From the NCBI GenBank assembly GCA_043813605.1, contig JBDRKX010000064.1, forward strand, positions 129 through 64,128: a stretch of 64,000 nucleotides of DNA, written 5' to 3'. The notes beneath the pieces were generated by a model. That model was not told the DNA's origin, did not search any database, and saw nothing but the letters and a program-made list of their open reading frames with translations. A program made the position numbers and the translations under genes. Source of the DNA: Elusimicrobiota bacterium (GTDB lineage Bacteria > CG03 > SLGR01 > JBDRKX01). Positions 1 to 7,608 of the stretch are shown piece after piece. Position 1 is the stretch's first letter; the number at the start of each line of letters is the position of its first letter.

Positions 1-873
1 ATGCCCTGCTATGTCTATTGCTCTGTCGCGTATTTCTTCCAGCGGAATCGATTCATCAAAGTATATTTTTCCAGTGTTTATGCCGCATCTCACATTAAAA
101 TCGGAAGTTATGTTTTTTTTGCTGTTGAATTCTTCAAGACCGTTAATCACATCTTTGGTAGCCTTGAACGCTGATTCGAAATCTTTAAAACAGGCCATTA
201 CACCATCTGGGGTCCAGGTGGAACTGATAGAATCACTAGCATGCAGTACATCTTGAACAAAATTCATGTATTTCCGAAAATCATAATCAACCATAGAAGG
301 ATCTTCACCTAACTTCATCTCTGCTGAATGGATAACATCAATAGATACAAGGGTAACCTGGCGGTGCCATTTTTCCAGTTTATTTTTCAGCCGTACCATT
401 TTATTGAGTAAGATACGCAGTTCAGATTCACGTCTGAAAATACTTGTCTTGAGTATATTGGTGATTGTGCGGAACAGACTATTGCCTTTTCTGATCTCTC
501 CCGGAGCAGTGTTGTCAGAGAAAAATTCAATTATCTTCTTTAATTCCCTGATTTTAAAATATAGTTTTTTTCTGAAAACCAGCATGACTTTGATGAGTAT
601 TATGGAAAGGATAATTATCAGTCCCCTTGTTATATCCATGCCATGAACAATAGTCGGCAGTATTTTCTTTACAGAAAGACATATCTTCTTATCAATATCG
701 AGCATGAAACGGATATAATTGTATGAATTCGCATTATCAAACAACGATACTACAATAGGGAGCACTACAATTACCAGAAGCGTTATCACGAGCAGGTTTA
801 TTATGCGCGTACCGGTTACTGCTATATGGCAGAGATTCTTTATGTTCTTGCGTTTTGTGTTTGACTGGGCCAT
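1..873 (-). CDS. Membrane-anchored class III nucleotidyl (adenylate/guanylate) cyclase-like protein, paralog A. The 3' end runs off the window start.
   Basis: Reverse-strand translation is open from an ATG at 873 down to position 1 with no stop. The protein has N-terminal TM helices, then a cyclase-like core: VIHSAEMKL (matching the FADIVGFT position), STWTPDGVMAC (the GDGVMA metal-binding Asp motif) and NVRCGINTGKIY (the RIGIHTG position). It is about 55% identical to the next gene downstream. It is absent from the ORF track only because no stop codon lies inside the window. Confidence 0.45.
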   Translation of the reverse strand, partial: MAQSNTKRKNIKNLCHIAVTGTRIINLLVITLLVIVVLPIVVSLFDNANSYNYIRFMLDIDKKICLSVKKILPTIVHGMDITRGLIIILSIILIKVMLVFRKKLYFKIRELKKIIEFFSDNTAPGEIRKGNSLFRTITNILKTSIFRRESELRILLNKMVRLKNKLEKWHRQVTLVSIDVIHSAEMKLGEDPSMVDYDFRKYMNFVQDVLHASDSISSTWTPDGVMACFKDFESAFKATKDVINGLEEFNSKKNITSDFNVRCGINTGKIYFDESIPLEEIRDRAIDIAGH

Positions 874-962
874 CCTGTTATCAGCTCTGTGCGCGGCGGC
901 GGCAGTCTAGACGTTGATATTGTGTTTTCATGAATCGTTTAAGAAAAACCTCTATGAAACGG

Positions 963-1943
963 TCATAGAGAATAAGTCTCATCAGCATTCCTTTTGCTTC
1001 TCCATTCAAATATCTCCTGACCGTAGATGTCTTCGTCAATGGGTATAAGATTTGAATATGAAGCAAGCGGTTTTATTGATTTTTTTGTCACATAAATCGT
1101 GTTGGCGCCTGCTTTTTTCTGAAGATGACCCGCTATGTCAATAGCCCTGTTACTCAATTCTTCCAGCGGGAGTGCATCATCATAGTATATCTTTCCTGCA
1201 TTAATACCGCATCTTACTGAAAAGTCGGCTTTAATGGATTTTCTTGTCTTGTTGAATTCAGGAAGTCCTTCGATTATCTCCCTGGCTGCTTTGAATGCCA
1301 GTTCAAAAGAACTGTAGCAGGCCATTACCCCGTCCGGTGTCCATGTGGATTTCATGCAATCGTTGCCTGTTATTATTCTTTCGACAAAGTCCTTGTATTC
1401 GGTAAAATCGTATTCGGCGATACTTTCGTCTTCATTCAGTTTCATCTCAGTGGAATGGACCACATCGACCGAAAGCATACAAAGTGCCCTCGCCCATTTC
1501 TCCAGTTTCTGGTTTACATTTGAATTAAGGACAAGCAGCTCTTTCAGTTCAGATTTGTTTTCATTCTTGGTTTTAAAAAAAGGCCAGAAATTTTTTTTTG
1601 ATTTCTGCATAAAAACAAGGTCGCTCTTCATTGATTCGATCATATATGCCAGGTTTTCATTTACGCCGTAGATGATGAGCTTTAAAATGACTGCGCCGAA
1701 GAAGATCAGTTTCCTGGTCATATCGATGCCTTTTATAACAGTAGGTATGTACCTGCTTACAAAAGATCTGAGCATTTCATCGGCAGTCGTGATTATGCTA
1801 GCTATGATATAAGATTCGTACTTGTCAAAAAGTGAAATAATATAAGAGATAATAATAAGGAAAATAATACCTGTCAGAAAGAGTGTGAAAACTTTCAGAG
1901 TAGCATGTAATACTGTATATCCGGTTTTTTTAAAGTTGTTCAT
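963..1943 (-). CDS. Membrane-anchored class III nucleotidyl cyclase-like protein, paralog B
   Basis: 326 aa ORF. Two to three N-terminal TM segments are followed by LSVDVVHSTEMKL, KSTWTPDGVMACYSS, FSVRCGINAGKIYYDD and NRAIDIAGHL. These are collinear with the metal-binding Asp, substrate Lys and transition-state Asn/Arg positions of cyclase homology domains. Confidence 0.5.
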   Translation of the reverse strand: MNNFKKTGYTVLHATLKVFTLFLTGIIFLIIISYIISLFDKYESYIIASIITTADEMLRSFVSRYIPTVIKGIDMTRKLIFFGAVILKLIIYGVNENLAYMIESMKSDLVFMQKSKKNFWPFFKTKNENKSELKELLVLNSNVNQKLEKWARALCMLSVDVVHSTEMKLNEDESIAEYDFTEYKDFVERIITGNDCMKSTWTPDGVMACYSSFELAFKAAREIIEGLPEFNKTRKSIKADFSVRCGINAGKIYYDDALPLEELSNRAIDIAGHLQKKAGANTIYVTKKSIKPLASYSNLIPIDEDIYGQEIFEWRSKRNADETYSL

Positions 1944-2012
1944 TCGTATCGTCGTTTTTTTTAATATATTTCAGCAATAACAGCTGTTTTCGAAGAATAA
2001 CCGATGTTCAGC

Positions 2013-2467
2013 TTACTGTTTTCCCTGTTTTAATTTTTCCTGGATTTGGTTCACGAGGTCGGCAAGCTGCCTGAATTCATCTTTTTCCGGAATACGAGCT
2101 TATCCTCATATTTGCCTTTCAATAGTTCATGAAGATGCCGTTCGAGACTGTATATCGGGCCGGCCAGCCGGTGTGAATAGAACAGCATGGATATAATAGC
2201 CATTATTATTCCCAGTATGCCCCCGATAACAAGAGATCTCACTATAACGGGTCTTACGATAAAAAGACTGGAGACCATTATCATCTTATTAAGATCGCCG
2301 CCGGTTGTACCGTATAACTGGAAATCACTCTTTTTTTCCATATGGATGGTTAAAGAGTAAGACAGCAGCCCGGAAATGATGATAGCTCCGGCGACAAGAA
2401 GAACTACCCGGCTGATTATCCTCGTCTGGAATTTTTTTGCTATAAAATATTGTTTCCTTTTTTTCAT
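2013..2467 (-). CDS. Small membrane protein with a HAMP-like domain, paralog 1. The reading frame is broken by a 1-nt deficit in an A5 run.
   Basis: The ORF 2051-2467 encodes MKKRK...SHRLAGPIYSLERHLHELLKGKYEDKLVFRKK and then runs into junk. Shifting +1 at the A-run 2082-2086 continues as DEFRQLADLVNQIQEKLKQGKQ*. That matches the paralog at 2575-3030 (RRKDEFKRLADNINKLQETLK). Confidence 0.4.
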
Positions 2468-2574
2468 ATGATTACTCCGTATAATACTTTTTCCGATTAT
2501 AATATATATCCGTTATGATAAACTTAACAGATTTATAGTAGAATTTCAATATGGCAACCATAAATAGCAACAGG

Positions 2575-3030
2575 TTACCGGGTGCTATCCTTGAGAGTTT
2601 CCTGTAATTTATTGATATTATCTGCCAGGCGTTTGAACTCGTCCTTTCTCCGGAAAGATATTTTTTCAGCGTAATTCCCCTCTATCATGCTCTCAATATG
2701 TTTTTCCAGGTGATATAAAGGGCCGGCCAGCCGGTGTGAATAAAGAAACAGCATCAAGGATGTGACAATTATCGATAATACTCCCGTGATAACCAGGTAT
2801 TTAATGACAACAGGTTTTAGCACAAGTAATCTTTCTATCAGGACCAGGTCTTCCTGGACTTCGATACGTGCGCCATAGAGTTTCCTGTTATTCTGGTTTT
2901 CAATTTGAAGCGCGATGGTGTATGTTATAAGACCGGATAGTATTACTGAAGCTATGACCAGAAGTACAACCGAACGAATCATCCTTGATTGAAATTCCCT
3001 GTCAATCAGTATTTTCTTCCGCTTTTTCAT
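2575..3030 (-). CDS. Small membrane protein with a HAMP-like domain, paralog 2 (intact)
   Basis: 151 aa. It has a basic N-terminus, two TM helices, then YSHRLAGPLYHLEKHIESMIEGNYAEKISFRRKDEFKRLADNINKL, a typical HAMP AS1-connector-AS2 pattern. No output domain follows. Confidence 0.5.
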   Translation of the reverse strand: MKKRKKILIDREFQSRMIRSVVLLVIASVILSGLITYTIALQIENQNNRKLYGARIEVQEDLVLIERLLVLKPVVIKYLVITGVLSIIVTSLMLFLYSHRLAGPLYHLEKHIESMIEGNYAEKISFRRKDEFKRLADNINKLQETLKDSTR

Positions 3031-3048
3031 AAAGCCTCCCTTTTATAT

Positions 3049-4584
3049 TCACAATAGACTCAAAGAAGCACATATCATATATACAGAAAAAAACAAAAAC
3101 ACAAGTGTATTGAAAACCTTGACAGCCGCTGTATGTTTCTTGCCGAAAGCATCCATTTTTTCCGAATCAACTCCCCAGAAATACAGTAGAAATATTATGA
3201 GGAGAGGAACTATGAACATTACACTGTATGCCAGAAGATAGATCAGCGCCTGTTGTCTTTGTGATGTTGCCTGAAGCATGTAGATTATCGTCGGAAGATA
3301 TATCTGGCCTGTACAGACTAGTTCAAATACAGATACTATGGCCCCGGTAAAGAAAGCGAAAATAACGAAACCTCTGAGTTTCGCATGCTTTTCTGTTACT
3401 TCGAGTATTTTCCATCTGAAAGAATCCGGGATCTTCAAAGTGACGGCCGCCGGCGGTGAATTCATGTCGATAACCGGCTGGGATTGTATCTTTCTCACTG
3501 CAAGGAAATCCTTGTAGCTGAGTACAGCCAGGACAAATGTGAGAACACCTATAACAAAATACATTATCTTTGAAACAAGAATAATACCACTGAAAGAATA
3601 AAGGATATTCGTAAGTCCGACGCCGAGAAGGAAATAGGCACAGAAAATACCGGCGGTAAATGAAAGACCGGTAAAAAATATTTCCCTCCTTTTCTTCTTC
3701 ATGATCATGGAAAGGTATGATATAAGAAATATGATCGCTCCGAAAGCGCACGGATTGATGCCGTCTATAAGGCCGGCCGCTAAAACCGGCATAAGCTTAA
3801 GGTTCCCTATTCTATTGGAAACGCCGGTTTCGGAGCTGCTGTCAGATGGTACTGCGATTTTCTGCCGGCTGTAACCTGCCAATGCATTTTCCAGTCCTGA
3901 CTCTATTTCCTTTTTTCCGCCTAGCACAGCGGTCCCGGCAAAAATAACCGGTATTTTGTTATCAGTATCACCGAATGCCTCTTCCATAAACACAAGCTTC
4001 TCGTAATTCTCGGGCAGGTTTAGAGTATATTCTCTGATGGATATTCTTATATTCAGTTTTTTTTCAATTGAAGGGACGATAATATCCTTTACCCTGATAC
4101 AGTACCTGCACATAGGTGCGGAAAACAGGTGTATTTCAATGGCTTCCCCATTATCTTTACTGTCAATAATATCTTCAAAGCGGTTAACGGGGGGGGTATC
4201 TGTGCCTACAGTCCCTTCCATTATCCAGGTTATATGCGGGTGTTCCCTGTCGTTCGAATCTATGAAAACGTATTCTGTCTTCAGGCCCGATTCTCCTTTT
4301 GTGTCGAAGATTATCCTGAGTTCGGCATTTGATCCTGGCAGAAGTTCCATAATATCCGGTGACGGCACTACACACGGGCAGGAAGACCTGATCTTTATCT
4401 TCAGCGGGTCATTCCCCGAATTCTGTATGATGAGCGTTTCCTCGAGGATATCACCCTCGGAAACATTTCCGAAAAACCACGAGGCTTTTGATATCCGTAT
4501 TGATGGTTCAGCGTATAAAAAACCCGCCCCAAAAAGTATAAGGACGGATACGGCAATTACAATAGGAAAATAATGTCTTTTCAA
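3049..4584 (-). CDS. DUF1573 - thioredoxin-like - CcdA/DsbD-type transmembrane electron-transfer domain fusion protein
   Basis: It has a signal peptide. The DUF1573 signature is present (WFFGNVSEGDILEETLIIQNSGNDPLKIKIRSSCPCV). A thioredoxin-like CxxC follows (APMCRYC). The C-terminal half has about 6-8 TM helices with conserved Cys, characteristic of the cytochrome c biogenesis CcdA/DsbD-beta family (GINPCAFGAII... CTGQIYLP). Confidence 0.6.
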   Translation of the reverse strand: MKRHYFPIVIAVSVLILFGAGFLYAEPSIRISKASWFFGNVSEGDILEETLIIQNSGNDPLKIKIRSSCPCVVPSPDIMELLPGSNAELRIIFDTKGESGLKTEYVFIDSNDREHPHITWIMEGTVGTDTPPVNRFEDIIDSKDNGEAIEIHLFSAPMCRYCIRVKDIIVPSIEKKLNIRISIREYTLNLPENYEKLVFMEEAFGDTDNKIPVIFAGTAVLGGKKEIESGLENALAGYSRQKIAVPSDSSSETGVSNRIGNLKLMPVLAAGLIDGINPCAFGAIIFLISYLSMIMKKKRREIFFTGLSFTAGIFCAYFLLGVGLTNILYSFSGIILVSKIMYFVIGVLTFVLAVLSYKDFLAVRKIQSQPVIDMNSPPAAVTLKIPDSFRWKILEVTEKHAKLRGFVIFAFFTGAIVSVFELVCTGQIYLPTIIYMLQATSQRQQALIYLLAYSVMFIVPLLIIFLLYFWGVDSEKMDAFGKKHTAAVKVFNTLVFLFFSVYMICASLSLL

Positions 4585-4615
4585 TCTATTAGTATCGGTA
4601 TGCAGTAACTTCAGG

Positions 4616-6010
4616 TTATTTAATGAGAACTTTACCGGCCTCTTTTTTTACTTCAATTTTATACTCATCGATCAGTTTCCTGGCTGCGGGATCATCCTGA
4701 ACTTCCTTGATAAGCAGTATCATCTCGCTCTCGTGAGATATTATATTATTATCTGGTCCGATTGTCAGCGTGAGTCTTCCGACCCGGTGCCCGTCCTTCC
4801 CTGCCTGCACTATCAATGTGTCCCCGATTTGTGCAGGTTCTTTGTGGAATGTCTGCGAATGGCCGCCGACTATGATATCTATGCCCGGGACCTCCTGTGC
4901 GATCTTTTTGTCCTCTTCATCACCGGAATGTGATACAAGAACGATAATATCTGTCTGCTGTTTCAAAGAGGAAACTATCCCCTGAAGCACCGGGATATGA
5001 TTCTCGATCTTTACTCCTTCTATTTTATCCTGCGGGAAAAACATGAACACACCGGGATTGGTTATGCCGATTATTCCTATCTTCAAACCGGATACTTCCT
5101 TTATCTTATAATGGTCCGCTATATCCCAGCATTTTACATCATCACACCTGGAGATATTTGCCGCCAGGAAATTGATCCTCTTTATATTCTTTTCCAGGTA
5201 GTCTATGCCGAGTATCATTTCCTGATCGCCGACGGCAACTGCATCGTAGTCTATGATCTCCATCATCCTTAAGACATATTCAGCGAGCAGTTTGTTCTCT
5301 CTTACGGGAAAATTGTCTCCCGAATCGATAAGGATGGTATCGGAATATGTTTTTTTAAGCCGGTTGATAGCAGTGATCCTGCGGACAAAACCGCCGAACG
5401 GGTTCTCAGGGCAATCACAGGATTCAAGGTATCCATTGGCACTGTTGGTATAGATGATCGTGAGTTTCGATATCTTAGGTTTATTAATACGCTCTATTTT
5501 CAGGTGTTCTATAGTTTTTGTGAGCATAATATCAATATCCTCATGGTATCCCCTGATGTGTTTTCGTATTTTACCGTTCTTACCTATTACGAATATCTGC
5601 GGGATCTCCGCACGGCCGGAACGGACAACACCGTAATTTGAACCTGCTTTCCATCCTCCTGGATCCCTGAGGACAGGTATCGTGACATCATGCTTCTTGA
5701 TATAATCCTTAAGGACATCTGCATCTTCGTCAAGTGATATCATCCTTATTTTAATTTTTGAATCATCCAGATACCTTGCATAAAGCTTCTTGAGTGACGG
5801 CAGTTCCTTAAGACACGGTTCACATTTTGTATCAAAGAAACTGAGCACAATAACACTTCCTCCGGATGCCAGTTCGTCAAATGTAACCGAACCGTCGGAT
5901 CCGGCTTTTTCGAGTTTAAAGCCGGGTGATTTTTCCCATATTTCAAGAGCATGCAGGGATGAAAACAGGATCGTCATGCCCGCAATAAACAATATAAAAG
6001 TTTTCTTCAT
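4616..6010 (-). CDS. Secreted TlpA/ResA-like thioredoxin fused to a 5'-nucleotidase/calcineurin-like metallophosphoesterase domain with degenerate metal ligands
   Basis: The likely start is MKKTFILF at 6010, preceded by an AGGAG ribosome-binding site. The ORF-track start at 6085 adds 25 non-signal residues. A signal peptide is followed by a CEPC thioredoxin motif (FFDTKCEPCLKELP). The C-terminal 300 aa align with 5'-nucleotidase N-terminal motifs (LIDSGDNFP; GGHSQTF), but the DxH and GNHE ligands are replaced (TNSANG; VGDQEM). Confidence 0.55.
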   Translation of the reverse strand: MKKTFILFIAGMTILFSSLHALEIWEKSPGFKLEKAGSDGSVTFDELASGGSVIVLSFFDTKCEPCLKELPSLKKLYARYLDDSKIKIRMISLDEDADVLKDYIKKHDVTIPVLRDPGGWKAGSNYGVVRSGRAEIPQIFVIGKNGKIRKHIRGYHEDIDIMLTKTIEHLKIERINKPKISKLTIIYTNSANGYLESCDCPENPFGGFVRRITAINRLKKTYSDTILIDSGDNFPVRENKLLAEYVLRMMEIIDYDAVAVGDQEMILGIDYLEKNIKRINFLAANISRCDDVKCWDIADHYKIKEVSGLKIGIIGITNPGVFMFFPQDKIEGVKIENHIPVLQGIVSSLKQQTDIIVLVSHSGDEEDKKIAQEVPGIDIIVGGHSQTFHKEPAQIGDTLIVQAGKDGHRVGRLTLTIGPDNNIISHESEMILLIKEVQDDPAARKLIDEYKIEVKKEAGKVLIK

Positions 6011-6177
6011 ATATACTCCTTTACCAGTTAAGAGATACTCCGATGCAGAAAGAGAGGAAAAGATAGTTCTTCCGCATACAGGCATGGTATACCGGATACA
6101 TGCAGTAACAGAGACCTCAACAAGTTACATGCAAAAAATGTGTCAGCTGGTTTACCCGAAATCATACCTTGCCCATA

Positions 6178-7608
6178 TTATTCTGATCCGAACTGTTCAG
6201 CGAATTTTTCAGAGATTTTCTTTGCGGCGACAGGCAGTTCTTTGCCGGTTGCGCATTCCTCTGATTCTCCGCCTACTATCTGTCCGGTTTCTACGTCCAC
6301 GAGGTTTGCATTTATGTAGTAAGTATCCAGAAACTTTGAGAATGAACCGACTATCATGTATTTCACATTAAGTACTTTACCCATCTGGACAGCACATTCC
6401 TCGTTGGTACAGCCAGTCATCTGAAAACTCTGTTCTTCGAGAAGACGTTCCATGTTCTGCCTGTCGAGCACATTGAATGACTGCGTTTTAACAAGTTCTG
6501 TCCTGATGAAATCCGACACGATAGCGGCATCCATAGCAGATACATTCTTGCCCTCAAGCTCGGCCACAGCTACATTGAGGAGTTCGCCGGGCGCCGCCCT
6601 CTTTATCACCGGTCTGGGTTTCTCTATGACTTCTTTCCTGGGTTTTGCTTCATTCTCGGGTTTCTCTTTTTTTGGAGCCTTTTTCTGTACGTATCCCAGT
6701 TTCATTCCTATAGCTACCCTATGTGAAATTCCGAGAGGTCCACTCGGAGACGCTGCATAGTCCAAATAGAAACTGTTAAATTTTGCTCCGAATCCGAATG
6801 AGATCTCCAAATCAAGATCCGAGCGTGTGGTAAGTCCTGCCCTCGGAGCAATAGCATCATTTATCCAGTATTCCCCTCCGGCTCTTATCATCTGATAACC
6901 GCCTTTCAGGCTGTTGTAGAATTCTCCCGTTAATGTAAGATATCCCTTGTGAATATAAGCGCCGCCAAAACGCATGGCTTGAGGGAGCCTGTCTTCCACC
7001 CTGATCTCACCGCCCATGTTGTTAAGAGCTGCGCCTATCTGAAGCGTACCATTGTTTAATTCATGTCGATAGATAATGCCTGAATCTGTTGCAAAAGCAG
7101 AATCTTTATAATCAATGATCTCTTCATCGATACTCTTTGCATTTATTCCAATCGCTAATTTGTCCGTGAGCATCATAGCGCCAGTTGCTCCAAATGCACT
7201 GCCCTTGTATGTTATTTCTTGATCTGTTTGAGCTCCGCTCCAGTCATATATCGGTTCAGGATCCGTGTTGAACGTCAATATGTTCAGCCCAATGACGTAT
7301 TTCTCTTTGAGAGGAAGCGCGCCGGTTATAAAACTCAGTTTGTTTTCCTGGTACAGCTGGCAGAAACTTATGGCAACCTCTTTGTGTTTCAGGAAGGCAA
7401 GCCCCGCAGGGTTAGCGCTCATACCGGTTATATCGCTTATCGAGGTATACGCGTTTCCCATTGCGCTCGCCCTTGCTGACGGTGAGATCTCAAGGAACAT
7501 TGCAGCTGTTGTACCACTCCCATGGACAAGGGTCAAATTCATTAAAAGAATCAATACTGCAGCCGCTGTAATACCCGGTATTTTGAATTTATTTATATTA
7601 GTTATCAT
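6178..7608 (-). CDS. Outer-membrane beta-barrel protein of the FadL/PorV/UPF0164-like family with a C-terminal CsgG/LpoB-like periplasmic domain
   Basis: It has a signal peptide. The N-terminal motif ISPSARASAMGNAYTSISDITGMSANPAGLAF is typical of the FadL/PorV/UPF0164 N-terminus. Amphipathic beta-strand periodicity continues to about residue 310. A Lys/Pro-rich linker follows, then a 130 aa domain (NVLDRQNMERLLEEQSFQMTGCTNEECAVQMGKVLNVKYMIVGS...VDVETGQIV) resembling the CsgG/LpoB/TolB-N fold. Confidence 0.45.
   Translation of the reverse strand: MITNINKFKIPGITAAAVLILLMNLTLVHGSGTTAAMFLEISPSARASAMGNAYTSISDITGMSANPAGLAFLKHKEVAISFCQLYQENKLSFITGALPLKEKYVIGLNILTFNTDPEPIYDWSGAQTDQEITYKGSAFGATGAMMLTDKLAIGINAKSIDEEIIDYKDSAFATDSGIIYRHELNNGTLQIGAALNNMGGEIRVEDRLPQAMRFGGAYIHKGYLTLTGEFYNSLKGGYQMIRAGGEYWINDAIAPRAGLTTRSDLDLEISFGFGAKFNSFYLDYAASPSGPLGISHRVAIGMKLGYVQKKAPKKEKPENEAKPRKEVIEKPRPVIKRAAPGELLNVAVAELEGKNVSAMDAAIVSDFIRTELVKTQSFNVLDRQNMERLLEEQSFQMTGCTNEECAVQMGKVLNVKYMIVGSFSKFLDTYYINANLVDVETGQIVGGESEECATGKELPVAAKKISEKFAEQFGSE

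Noticed and set aside
881-1066. 61 aa minus-strand ORF spanning the gap between the two cyclase-like genes
   Set aside because: It overlaps the start of the real 1-873 gene in a different frame. It has no features and is almost certainly spurious.
3323-3751. 142 aa minus-strand ORF inside the DUF1573-Trx-CcdA gene
   Set aside because: It is an alternative frame of the CcdA membrane region. The main frame has the conserved Cys/TM pattern and this one does not.
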